DNA of 64,000 bases. Source: Hyphomicrobiales bacterium. GTDB lineage: Bacteria > Pseudomonadota > Alphaproteobacteria > Rhizobiales > HXMU1428-3. The stretch's first letter is position 1, and every line of letters starts with the position of its first letter. The DNA lies in NCBI GenBank assembly GCA_965230545.1, contig CBDDLE010000003.1, forward strand, positions 153,369 through 217,368, in the 5' to 3' direction. The position numbers and the translations under genes were made by a program. Shown one piece after another: positions 8,817 to 19,168 of the stretch. The notes under the pieces are model-generated. The model did not search any database. It saw only the letters and a program-made list of their open reading frames with translations, and was not told the DNA's origin.

Positions 8817-10091
8817 TTGGCTGAAATGGCTCTTATTGTAATGAAATTTGGTGGCACATCTGTTGCCGATATGGACCGTATTCGTAATGTGGCTCAGCAT
8901 GTCAAACGCGAGGTTTCTGCTGGAAATAAGGTTGCGGTGGTTGTTTCTGCTATGGCAGGGCGTACCAACGAGCTCATTGGTTGGGTTAATGATGCGGCTA
9001 AAACGCCGGACCCCAAAGAATATGATGCGGTGGTTTCTTCGGGAGAACAGGTTACATCTGGTTTGTTGGCCCTTTGCTTGCAAAATGAAGGGATTAAAGC
9101 TCGCTCATGGCAGGGTTGGCAAATTCCATTAGAAACTGATGAAGCCCACAGCAAAGCACGCATTGTTGATATTAAAGGAGAAGACCTTAAAACTTCAGTT
9201 GAAAATGGAACCGTTGCCGTGATTGCGGGGTTTCAGGGGATTTCTCCTGATCAACGCGTTGCAACGCTAGGTCGAGGTGGGTCTGATACGAGTGCAGTTG
9301 CGATTGCTGCTGCACTTGACGCTGACCTTTGTGATATATACACGGATGTAGATGGGGTTTATACAACCGATCCGAGAATTGTTTCTAAAGCTCAACGGCT
9401 TGAGAAGGTTTCCTATGAGGAAATGCTTGAAATGGCTAGTTTGGGTGCAAAAGTACTACAGACCCGCTCTGTTGAGTTGGCCATGGTAAAAAATGTCCGC
9501 CTTGCTGTTCGCTCTAGCTTTGATGACCCAGCCTCAATTCCGGCTGTCAGTTTAGATGGAAATAGCACTATTGGAACGCTTGTATGTAATGAGGATGAGA
9601 TATTGGAACAGCAAGTTGTAAGTGGCATAGCCTATGCCAAAGATGAAGCAAAAGTAACTTTGATTAACGTGGCTGATGAACCTGGTGTTGCAGCCAAAGT
9701 GTTTGGCCCACTTGCTGAAGCGAATATCAATGTTGATATGATCGTGCAAAATATCTCAGCTGATGGCGCTACCACTGATATGACGTTTACTGTGCCGGAA
9801 GATGATTTAGAACGTGCAATTTCCGTTTTAAAGGCGCGCAAGGATGATTTGCGCTATGCGGACCTTATTGGGGCAACCGACATTGTGAAGGTTTCCGTGA
9901 TTGGTGTTGGCATGCGCAGCCATGCTGGCGTTGCGGCAAATATGTTCAAAGAATTGGCAGAAAAAGGAATTAATATTCAGGCGATCACAACATCTGAGAT
10001 TAAAATCAGTATTTTAATTGATGCTGCTTATCAGGAGTTAGCGGTCCGAACTTTGCATAGCTTATTTGGCTTAGATCAAGAAACTGCATAA
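8817..10091 (+). CDS. lysC: aspartate kinase
   Basis: The N-terminus is the kinase signature MKFGGTSV. Two C-terminal ACT domains are present. Confidence 0.92.
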   Translation: MAEMALIVMKFGGTSVADMDRIRNVAQHVKREVSAGNKVAVVVSAMAGRTNELIGWVNDAAKTPDPKEYDAVVSSGEQVTSGLLALCLQNEGIKARSWQGWQIPLETDEAHSKARIVDIKGEDLKTSVENGTVAVIAGFQGISPDQRVATLGRGGSDTSAVAIAAALDADLCDIYTDVDGVYTTDPRIVSKAQRLEKVSYEEMLEMASLGAKVLQTRSVELAMVKNVRLAVRSSFDDPASIPAVSLDGNSTIGTLVCNEDEILEQQVVSGIAYAKDEAKVTLINVADEPGVAAKVFGPLAEANINVDMIVQNISADGATTDMTFTVPEDDLERAISVLKARKDDLRYADLIGATDIVKVSVIGVGMRSHAGVAANMFKELAEKGINIQAITTSEIKISILIDAAYQELAVRTLHSLFGLDQETA

Positions 10092-10159
10092 ATTTTGTGA
10101 TATTGCTCTTTCATTATTCGTTTGAGTGATATTGGGGATTAATATTTGGGGCAAAACTA

Positions 10160-12433
10160 ATGGCACCAGCTAATGCTGCACCGCGCGTTTTAATGCGCCG
10201 GTTGCGTGAAATAATGGCACGGCCAGGCGAACCGCAAGCGCGGCTCGATGCTATTGTTACGCAAATTGCTCGCATTATGGTTGCTGAAGTTTGCTCTCTT
10301 TATTTGCGCCGTCCTGATGGCTCTTTGGAACTTTTCGCAACCGAAGGCCTTAACAAGGAAGCCGTTCACAATACTCACCTGGCCAAAGGTGAAGGGCTTG
10401 TGGGCCTCATTGCTGACCGGGCTGAGATCGTCAATATTCATGAAGCGCAAGATCACCCTGCGTTTTCTTACAGACCTGAAACAGGCGAAGAGGTTTATCA
10501 TTCTTTCCTTGGTACTCCCATCCTTCGAGGTGGGCGCACGCTTGGTGTTATTACCGTGCAGAACCAGGCGCGAAAGGTTTATTCTGAAGAAGAAATAGAA
10601 GCTCTTGAGACCACTTCTATGCTGGTCGCAGAACTCATTACATCTGGTGAACTGGATGATGATGTTGCGGCTATGGCAGATAGAACATCTAGCCGGCATT
10701 TTTCTGGAGTGAGCATTTCAGATGGTATTGCGCTTGGTCATGTGGTTTTGCATGAGCCGCGTGTTACCATTCATGAGTTTCTCTCTGATGATCTGGACAG
10801 TGAAAATCTTCGCCTGGATCAAGGCTTGGAGACTTTGCGCTCTTCCATTGACAAGATGCTTTCAAAAGCTGAGTTGCAGCGGGCGGGTGAGCACAAAGAA
10901 GTACTTGAGGCTTATCGGTTATTTGCCCATGATCAAGGTTGGGTTAATCGCTTAAAGCAGGCGATTGCTTCAGGCCTTACTGCAGAAGCGGCAGTTGAAC
11001 GCGTGCAAAATGACATGCGTGCCAGAATGCTTCCGCAAAAAGATCGTTTCTGGGCAGAGCGCATGAAAGATCTTGAAGATCTTGGCAACCGGCTCTTGCG
11101 CATTTTGGTGGGAGATACAGAAACAGCTGCGACCTCCAATCTACCCGATGATACCATATTGGTTGCTCGCACCATGGGTGCCGCTGAATTATTAGATTAT
11201 GATCCGAAAATTTTACGCGGTCTTGTGCTGGAAGAATCTGGGGCAAGTAGTCATGTTGCCATAGTTGCGCGTGCTTTGGGCATCGCAGCTGTTGGGGAAG
11301 CTGCCAATATTGTTAACCGGGTTGATACCGGCGATGATATTGTTATTGATGCTATTACTGGTGATGTTTTTGTCAGGCCTACTCAAGATGTTATTGAAGC
11401 TTATTCTGATAAGGTGCGCTTTCATGCGGCTAAGCAAAAGCAATATTCTGAGCTTAGAAATAAAGACGCTGTCACCATCGACGGGCAAGAGATATCGTTG
11501 AAGATCAATGCCGGCCTTTTGGTTGACTTACCCCATTTGGCACAATCTGGTGCTGATGGCATTGGCCTTTATCGTACTGAATTGCAATTTATGATCGCTG
11601 CGAAATTCCCTCGCATGTCAGAACAGAAAGAGACTTATAAAGCCGTTCTCGATGCGGCAGGGCATAGGCCTGTTGTCTTTCGCACTTTAGATGTGGGCGG
11701 GGATAAAATTCTTCCCTATATGCGGATGGCCGGTGAGCAGAACCCAGCGCTTGGCTGGCGCGCTATTCGTATGACGCTTGATCGTCCTGGACTGTTTCGG
11801 ACACAAGTACGGGCGCTTTTGCAGGCCTCTCAAGGCAAAGTTTTGCGCTTGATGCTTCCTATGGTCACTGACCTTTCTGAACTCACAAAAGCGAAAAAAC
11901 TTATAAAACGCGAAGAAGCAATTCTAAAAAAGCATGGCTATACAGGGCCTGAACGTCTTGAAATTGGCATTATGATTGAGGTTCCGGCGATTGTTTACCA
12001 GCTTGATGAAGTTCTTCCGCTTGTTGATTTTGTCTCCATTGGTAGCAATGATTTAATGCAGTTTTTATTTGCTGCAGATCGTACCAATCAGAATGTTGCG
12101 GCCAGGTATGATATGTTGCATTGCGTGTTTCTTCGTGTTTTGCAAAAAATCATTACAAAAGCGAACGCATATAATGTCCCAGTGACGCTTTGCGGTGAAA
12201 TGGCTGGTAAACCATTAGAATCTATGGCTCTTTTGGGGCTTGGCCTTAGATCCATTTCTATGTCGCCTGCTTCGATTGGCCCTGTGAAATCTATGATCCT
12301 CTCACTCGACTTGCAAAAGCTCGAGACCTTCATGATTGAGACCTTAGCAACCAAAAGTGGCTCTTTGCGATCTTCTTTAGAGACTTATGCTCTAGATAAG
12401 AATATCAATGTTGAAGCCTTCAAACTTTCTTAA
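10160..12433 (+). CDS. ptsP: phosphoenolpyruvate-protein phosphotransferase EI-Ntr (GAF domain plus PEP-utilising domains)
   Basis: The 757-aa product has an N-terminal GAF domain and the phospho-His region GASSHVAIVARALGI. A C-terminal PEP-binding TIM-barrel motif is present (GSNDLMQF). Confidence 0.92.
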   Translation: MAPANAAPRVLMRRLREIMARPGEPQARLDAIVTQIARIMVAEVCSLYLRRPDGSLELFATEGLNKEAVHNTHLAKGEGLVGLIADRAEIVNIHEAQDHPAFSYRPETGEEVYHSFLGTPILRGGRTLGVITVQNQARKVYSEEEIEALETTSMLVAELITSGELDDDVAAMADRTSSRHFSGVSISDGIALGHVVLHEPRVTIHEFLSDDLDSENLRLDQGLETLRSSIDKMLSKAELQRAGEHKEVLEAYRLFAHDQGWVNRLKQAIASGLTAEAAVERVQNDMRARMLPQKDRFWAERMKDLEDLGNRLLRILVGDTETAATSNLPDDTILVARTMGAAELLDYDPKILRGLVLEESGASSHVAIVARALGIAAVGEAANIVNRVDTGDDIVIDAITGDVFVRPTQDVIEAYSDKVRFHAAKQKQYSELRNKDAVTIDGQEISLKINAGLLVDLPHLAQSGADGIGLYRTELQFMIAAKFPRMSEQKETYKAVLDAAGHRPVVFRTLDVGGDKILPYMRMAGEQNPALGWRAIRMTLDRPGLFRTQVRALLQASQGKVLRLMLPMVTDLSELTKAKKLIKREEAILKKHGYTGPERLEIGIMIEVPAIVYQLDEVLPLVDFVSIGSNDLMQFLFAADRTNQNVAARYDMLHCVFLRVLQKIITKANAYNVPVTLCGEMAGKPLESMALLGLGLRSISMSPASIGPVKSMILSLDLQKLETFMIETLATKSGSLRSSLETYALDKNINVEAFKLS

Positions 12434-12646
12434 TTGCGCCATGAAAATCCCATTTTAAATGGTTAATAGCTTAATACTTGCTGCTTATGAATTTACCATT
12501 ATGAGCAGATTTCACTTGAAATTCATGTCAAACTAAGGACATTATTGTCCAATATTAGCTATATGTGTAAGGTAGTTAAGAGAAAAGCTTCTTAAATTGG
12601 TTAATTTTGTGTCTTAAGCTTTTCTATTAGTATTGCGTTAAAACGG

Positions 12647-14209
12647 GTGTGTATCGTGTATCGTTCTAATCATTTTGAGTCCCAAAATGTTGGGCAGAGT
12701 CTTTCTGTTGGTGAAGACGCGCCTCTAGGGAAAAGCGTAGCTGTTGGGAAATCATCCCTTGGAAAATCATCCCTAGATGCAAATCAGCAAATGCCATTTA
12801 CCTCAAGTGTTCAAAGTGTGAATACAAATAGCTTGCCTAATCCACATTCAGGTTCTCATTTGTCAGCTTCTCATGTCTCAACTTCTCATGTGAGCGGCAA
12901 CTTAAATCATCAAAATGCTCACCGACACACTCCGTCAGCAATTCCACCACTTTCACAAAAGCAAGCACAAGCACCAATTTCACCAGCCCCGCTAAGCTCA
13001 CGCTTAGAACAAAAAGCACCCCTTCAAACTCGTTCACTTCAACAAGTAAATGAACAAGCTGCTTTCCCTGCACAAGCGACGAATAAATCACCTTTGGGGA
13101 AAGATTTTGGCGCTAAAAAGCCTGTAACTGATGAGCAAATCAGTGACCTCTTTACTGCTATGGGTAAAGCTAGTCAGTTAAGTCAATCTCAGCTTGCCGC
13201 TCGTTTGCAGACGTCACCTGCTCTTATTGCTGCGCTGGAAAGCGGTTCATTAAATGACTTGCCTGAATGGGAAGAAATTGAGCCTGTGATTAGCCGCTAT
13301 GCAGAATTTATGAATATTGATGATCGCCCGATTTTGCGGCGTATGCGTGAGCAACTCACCGAGCATTTTTTAACTAACATGACGGCGGATACCCCCTCGA
13401 CATTAGAAACACTCACGCCTCACAAACAAACACCTCCACCTTTACAAGGAAGCCCTTTGCAAGCGGCGCAGGATCAAAATGGATCTTCTATTATGCCAAG
13501 CTCTGACATGAGTTTGAAGGCATTTGCAAATGGGAACCTTACACAAAAGCACAATGAAGCAAATCAATTTCACAGTGATGTTTCTCCTGAATTGAATTCT
13601 GCCTCTCAACTTAATGCCCAAGCCCTTGAAGACCGGTTTACCGCTTTGACATCTGCTGTCAGTAATTCTCAAAATTCCTCGCACATTATTGCGCACACTC
13701 AATCTCAACAGCAGCCGCTTGATACACGCTCAGCTATTGCAGGAGTGAATGCGACAGCCCAACAGATGCAGGGATATGCAAATGGGCAGCAGCAGCAAAC
13801 GCCCCTTATGGGACAGCAAGCAAACTATTCTAACCCGCAGTTTTTAAGCACAAACACTCAGCCAACTGGCCAACCACCTGTTTCTCAAATGGCTTTGAAG
13901 CCAAAATCTAAAAATAAGTGGCTTAGAATTTTTGGTAATATTGCGCTTGTAATGATTTTACTTGTTGGCTTCATTAATTGGCAGCCTAATCGTTTTTGGT
14001 CTGGTGTAGATCAACTGCCTAAGCCAATTTCAAAATCAATTTATACACTATTTGAATTTGTAATGCCGGACCCGCTGGCTTCTGTTTATCGTATGAATTG
14101 GGTTCATGTGGCTGACCCACGCATGAGAAAAGCTGATAAATTACCTGTTCCAGCTGTTCGCAAGTTACCGCGCCTAGATTTTTCCAAGCTAGGACCTTTT
14201 AATAATTAA
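12647..14209 (+). CDS. RodZ-like helix-turn-helix domain protein with Q/S/P-rich linkers, a single TM segment and a C-terminal DUF4115-like region (start codon uncertain)
   Basis: An HTH is present (LSQSQLAARLQTSPALIAALESG). A TM segment is present (WLRIFGNIALVMILLVGFINW). The architecture is low-complexity linker, TM segment, C-terminal domain. The first codon is GTG. Confidence 0.6.
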   Translation: MCIVYRSNHFESQNVGQSLSVGEDAPLGKSVAVGKSSLGKSSLDANQQMPFTSSVQSVNTNSLPNPHSGSHLSASHVSTSHVSGNLNHQNAHRHTPSAIPPLSQKQAQAPISPAPLSSRLEQKAPLQTRSLQQVNEQAAFPAQATNKSPLGKDFGAKKPVTDEQISDLFTAMGKASQLSQSQLAARLQTSPALIAALESGSLNDLPEWEEIEPVISRYAEFMNIDDRPILRRMREQLTEHFLTNMTADTPSTLETLTPHKQTPPPLQGSPLQAAQDQNGSSIMPSSDMSLKAFANGNLTQKHNEANQFHSDVSPELNSASQLNAQALEDRFTALTSAVSNSQNSSHIIAHTQSQQQPLDTRSAIAGVNATAQQMQGYANGQQQQTPLMGQQANYSNPQFLSTNTQPTGQPPVSQMALKPKSKNKWLRIFGNIALVMILLVGFINWQPNRFWSGVDQLPKPISKSIYTLFEFVMPDPLASVYRMNWVHVADPRMRKADKLPVPAVRKLPRLDFSKLGPFNN

Positions 14210-14488
14210 ACTCAAATTGCTTATTCGTGATATTTTCTCTTATTTTCTTCTTTAGATATGAGAGCTTTAATATCACCGAGAAAGTTTGAGTGAGATGCTT
14301 GTCTTTTTTTGATTATTCATTATGGTCTAAACTGATTTTATTTAAATGAATGTTTTGTTCTCTCTGGCATTCATCGCAAAAAATCAAATGGAATAGCTGC
14401 CCCTTCATTTGACAATTGATATTCGCCTCTTGAACATCAGCCACTGTTCCAAAACAACAATAAAATTTTACAAAATAGGAGTGAGGCC

Positions 14489-15583
14489 ATGGCATCTGTG
14501 TCGGCTTTGCCAAAGGAAAAGCTTGAACAATTGGTCGCTCGTTGGGAAGTGGTGCAAACCGAACTTTCTTCTGGGCCTGCTCAGGATGTTTTTGTGAAAC
14601 TCTCTCGAGAATTCGCCGAGCTTGATCCGGTTGTTGCTGAAATTAAAAGCTATTTTAGCACTGTGGAAGAAATTGAAGGTTTAAATGAAATTCTTGATGA
14701 TGCTGAAGCTGATCAAGAAATGAAGCTTATGGCAACAGAAGAGCTGCAAGAGCTCACTTCTAAGATTCCTGAATTTGAGCAATCTATCCAAATTAAATTA
14801 TTGCCTAAAGACGAGGCGGACAACCGTAGTGCTATTCTTGAAGTGCGGGCAGGCACTGGAGGTGACGAAGCGGCCCTTTTTGCTGGCGATCTGTTTCGTA
14901 TGTATCAACGCTATGCTGATCTAAAGGGGTGGAAGGTTGAGATTATGTCTTCTAATGAGTCGGCAGTGGGCGGATATAAAGAGATTATCGCTAGTGTCGC
15001 TGGCACGGGGGTGTTCTCTCGTTTGAAATATGAATCTGGTGGGCACCGGGTGCAGCGGGTGCCTGAGACTGAGTCTGGTGGGCGTATTCATACGTCAGCT
15101 GCAACAGTCGCGGTGTTACCTGAAGCTGAAGATGTAGATATTGAAATTGAAGATAAAGATTTGCGTATTGATGTGTTTCGCGCCAGTGGCCCTGGGGGAC
15201 AATCAGTGAATACAACTGATAGTGCGGTTCGTATCACTCACTTGCCAACAGGTCTTATTGTTATTCAGCAAGATGAGAAATCTCAGCATAAAAACCGAGC
15301 CAAGGCGATGAAAGTTTTACGCTCACGCCTTTATGATGCTGAACGTCAACGCCAGGAAGATGAACGCTCTGCTGAGCGGCGTGGTCAAATTGGCTCTGGT
15401 GATCGCTCACAACGTATTCGCACATATAATTTCCCACAAGGCCGGGTCACAGATCATCGGATTAATCTCACCTTACATAAACTTGAGCAAACTCTTGCTG
15501 GTGAAGGCTTAGATGAAATTGTAGATGCACTCGTAACCGAGGCGCAGGCTGAGCAATTAGCAGCGATGAATAGCGAAGATTAA
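14489..15583 (+). CDS. prfA: peptide chain release factor 1
   Basis: The GGQ motif is present ([23 protein letters not shown]). The 364-aa product is followed by prmC. Confidence 0.95.
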   Translation: MASVSALPKEKLEQLVARWEVVQTELSSGPAQDVFVKLSREFAELDPVVAEIKSYFSTVEEIEGLNEILDDAEADQEMKLMATEELQELTSKIPEFEQSIQIKLLPKDEADNRSAILEVRAGTGGDEAALFAGDLFRMYQRYADLKGWKVEIMSSNESAVGGYKEIIASVAGTGVFSRLKYESGGHRVQRVPETESGGRIHTSAATVAVLPEAEDVDIEIEDKDLRIDVFRASGPGGQSVNTTDSAVRITHLPTGLIVIQQDEKSQHKNRAKAMKVLRSRLYDAERQRQEDERSAERRGQIGSGDRSQRIRTYNFPQGRVTDHRINLTLHKLEQTLAGEGLDEIVDALVTEAQAEQLAAMNSED

Positions 15584-15710
15584 GTTAGCCCTGCAGGTTG
15601 AGCTTGTTTGCATATCTGCAGGTTTGAATGGAAGTGTATTTTGTGTATTTTGTCCCTTTATTCGCTTAAAGCCTTTCAACTTAAAGGCCTTGCTATAGAA
15701 CTCACTGAAA

Positions 15711-16537
15711 TGTTTGAGGCTGCGTCTATTGCTACAGCTGCTTTAGACGCTCGTTTGCTTTTGCAACACGTTACTGACCTTTCTCATAGTGACTACATTC
15801 TAGGACAAGAACTTGAACTAACTTCTGCTCAGCTTGCACGCCTTTCAGACTTAGTCGAGCGCCGTCTTAATCGTGAACCGATCAGCCGTATCATTGGGTA
15901 TAGTGAATTTTGGTCTCTTCCTTTTCTGATTTCGAAAGATACGCTTGATCCTCGCCCTGATACGGAAACATTAATAGAGCATGCGCTTGAATTAATCGGA
16001 CCACGCAAAAATGAGCCTTTGAAAGTGCTTGATTTAGGAACAGGAAGCGGCTGCATACTTTTATCATTATTGCATGAGCTCCCTTTTGCCACGGGGCTTG
16101 GGGTTGATATAAACCCTGGTGCATTAGACATTGCTGAAAAGAATGCTGAACAGCTTGATTTAAAGGCACGGACTAAATTTCAGAAAAGCGACTGGTTTTC
16201 AACCATAGATGGAAGGTTTGATGTTATACTCTCAAACCCTCCCTATATTCCAGAATCAGAACTTGAAAATTTAATGCCAGAAGTTAAAAATTTTGACCCG
16301 TCTTTGGCTTTAAATGGTGGAGAAAGCGGCCTTGAGCCTTATGAACTCATTTTAGAAAAAGCTGGGGAGTTTTTGGCGCCTCAAGGTATATTGCTTTTTG
16401 AATTTGGGCAAAATCAAGAAACACAACTCATTGAAATATTGAATGAATCTAATCTAGAGCCATTTTTACTCACTCATGGCTTCAAAACTGACTTGGCCGG
16501 CATTATTCGGACCTTTGGTGCCAAATTTTCCTTTTAA
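15711..16537 (+). CDS. prmC: release factor glutamine N5-methyltransferase (HemK/PrmC)
   Basis: The NPPY motif is present (ILSNPPYIPESE), together with a SAM motif (VLDLGTGSGCI). The ORF track starts at 15608, but the conserved N-terminus begins at MFEAASIATA. Confidence 0.88.
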
Positions 16538-17379
16538 TTTATCTATTAATTGAAAAAAAATCTTGGCGTTGGGGTTTAAAAAGGCTATGCTCTATTCGTT
16601 ATTTGGCTGTTAGATTTATTTCCGGCCTGTTTTCTGATTTGGGTGGGGGCACCCTGTTTCTCTGTTAACAATTCGCGGTTTTTTCGCTTGAAGAGTGATG
16701 GTGGATTTCAGAAACATTTTAACGCCGCATTTGTCTTCAAATCTGTTGTTATACATTGGGAGATCGTGGTTTAAGATTGCGGAATCTAATAATTGTTATA
16801 ACGGCTAATTTTTGTGAAATTTATTTGTCATCAAATATTTGCCATTTTTGATTTGCTAAATTTTTGTTGAATTTATCAGATAATTTGTTTCATAAATTTT
16901 TTGCTATTGCATTTATAACGGGACTTAAATCAGAGGCATGACCGTCATAAGCATCTTATCAATTTAGAGGCCAAGGGATATATGCCATCAAATTGAAAAT
17001 TGATTTTATCGTTTTTTTGTTAGGAACATAGCTATAAGAATTTAGTAACAAATATCTCTCTGATTTGTGTTTTTTACTTTTATTATTCTAAGACACAAAA
17101 AATAAGCTAAGGGTGTGTGGACCTTGATTTTAGGCTTACTATTTAAAATAAAAATCTTTTGAATAGTTGAGAAAATTATATTTGTTTTCTGATTATTAAT
17201 GTTTAACTTACATCTGGATTTTTTAGCTTTGAGCAAAAAATCACCACACCTTTTGATATTTATTTGTCATTGATATTGCCATTAATTTCTCGTTGAAACC
17301 TTGTTTTTTATTTTGAGAATTGCTTTAGGCATTTGATGACATTGTAACTTTAACCAAACTTAAAATTGAATGGAAGCCG

Positions 17380-18015
17380 ATGAGGCAAGCTCAATCAAAT
17401 CGACGTGGACGTGGAAGAAACCGTAAGGCTCAAAACCCACTTACAAAAAACTATGAATCTAATGGGCCGGATGTAAAAATTCGTGGCACTGCAGCGCACA
17501 TTTCTGAGAAATATAATTCTCTTGCTCGTGATGCTCAAACATCCGGCGACACGGTTCGCCAAGAAAACTACTTCCAACACGCTGAGCATTATAACCGAAT
17601 TATTGCTGCCGCTCAGCAAAATAATCAATCCAATTCTGATAAATCAGATGAGCAGACAACCGAGCAAAATTCTTCAGATGAGACTGAGCAACAAGCTTCG
17701 AATGGCCGGGCTCGTGGTGAAAATGGTCGTTCTGAAGGTCGTAAGAACAATCGCCGTCGTCGCCCTGATTCTCGCTCACAAAAAACAAATGGCTCAGCTT
17801 CTGATGCCGAAAAACAGGCGAGCGATGAAGAAACCATCTCTCATGATAGTGGTGCGAGTGAAAAGCCTGAGAAAAAAACTCGTGGCAGAGGACGCCGCCG
17901 CTCTGAAGCTCCAGTTGAGGTGATTGCATCTGAAGAAACGGAACAGCCAGCAGCTGAGGCCACAGCTTCTGAGAATGCAGTTGTTGAGAATAATGCTGAT
18001 GACGCTGCGGCTTAA
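17380..18015 (+). CDS. DUF4167 domain-containing protein (Arg-rich N-terminus, acidic/Ser-rich tail)
   Basis: The N-terminus MRQAQSNRRGRGRNRK...YFQHAEHYNRI matches the DUF4167 family that is widespread in alphaproteobacteria. Confidence 0.7.
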   Translation: MRQAQSNRRGRGRNRKAQNPLTKNYESNGPDVKIRGTAAHISEKYNSLARDAQTSGDTVRQENYFQHAEHYNRIIAAAQQNNQSNSDKSDEQTTEQNSSDETEQQASNGRARGENGRSEGRKNNRRRRPDSRSQKTNGSASDAEKQASDEETISHDSGASEKPEKKTRGRGRRRSEAPVEVIASEETEQPAAEATASENAVVENNADDAAA

Positions 18016-18111
18016 TCAGCGTTAATTAACGCGGTCGACTTCCTTAAAATATCAAACCGTAGTTAAAGCTCAACGCTCAGCTCGCGATCAATACTCAAAA
18101 TTTAAAGATAC

Positions 18112-18915
18112 TCAGTTCGTTATAGATACTATATCTTTTTCTTTTAATTGACCGCCTTTGATGATTTTTCCATAAACCCCAAAATTTTCGTTATTGAAAT
18201 GTTGAGTGAGCGTTGCGGGTATAGAGCGCCCTCTTTTTCCTGTTTCAAGGTCAATATTTATAGCCGCACAACGGCTTGTTTCATCGATGATTTCAATCTC
18301 GACATCACCGATTTTGAGGGTCTTACCGATCCATTGTTTTTCGACCCAGGGTGTTGTTGTTTCCAAGACGATATTTGCACGAAAGCGCCGCAAATCAACT
18401 TTATCATTTAGAATGACCTCAAGAGCTTTGGCTGATGCTGTGGTGATGATATGAACCAATGGATCTGGGCAGTCAGCAAAATGATGGTTAGGAGCTGATT
18501 GTAATTTGGGCGGCCCCTTTAATTCTTCACGCATGAAAGCAGCGATAAATTGCTCGAGCATATTTCGGCCGATTGATGTTGAGAGATTACCCTTTGCCAC
18601 CTGACGACCTTCTCTAAAAATCGTAAGTGTTTGTGTTTCAGCTTCGAATTTTGTTTCCAATCTTGCCAAGCGCTCATGTTTCATCAGAGCCAAAAAGTTT
18701 ATTTTTGGCAAGAACTTAGGCTCTTTTGCATTGAAACGAGAGGGGCCATTTTCAATGGCATAGGCTCTATCAAAAGGAAAACATTGCCCGGTTTCAACGG
18801 TTACTGTGTCTAGATCTTCAGCGGATAGTCCTTTAACTGGATAACGATGGAGAGAATGAACAGAGATTTGCTCTTGATTTATATTATTGCCATCATCGCC
18901 GCTCTGGCTTGTCAT
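18112..18915 (-). CDS. MOSC domain-containing protein (YcbX-like)
   Basis: The 267-aa product has MOSC beta-barrel features, including a conserved Cys in the C-terminal part (TSRCAAINIDLETG). Confidence 0.7.
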   Translation of the reverse strand: MTSQSGDDGNNINQEQISVHSLHRYPVKGLSAEDLDTVTVETGQCFPFDRAYAIENGPSRFNAKEPKFLPKINFLALMKHERLARLETKFEAETQTLTIFREGRQVAKGNLSTSIGRNMLEQFIAAFMREELKGPPKLQSAPNHHFADCPDPLVHIITTASAKALEVILNDKVDLRRFRANIVLETTTPWVEKQWIGKTLKIGDVEIEIIDETSRCAAINIDLETGKRGRSIPATLTQHFNNENFGVYGKIIKGGQLKEKDIVSITN

Positions 18916-19168
18916 TTTTTTATCCTCTCAGCTTTAGGCTGATTTTAAGACTGCTGTACTTTCTTCTTATTTTTAGCATTTATTTTTGCATAATGCCTCT
19001 TTAATTCGTTTCTTGGCAACATATATAATTATTAGGGTCAAAATGATTGCCTTAATGGGATTATTTGACGCAGATCATATTTAAATTACATAAAAACACA
19101 TAACTGTTTAGACACATGAAATTTGCCTTTCAAAGGGAATTTTTTGTGGGCATGAAGAGGCAGAACAA

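Noticed and set aside
10190-10699. 169-aa minus-strand ORF antisense to the ptsP GAF domain
   Set aside because: It is a shadow ORF inside a well-supported CDS.
17483-17929. Alternative-frame ORFs overlapping the DUF4167 gene
   Set aside because: The repetitive Arg/Ser/Glu codon composition keeps other frames open. The DUF4167 frame has the conserved N-terminal motif.
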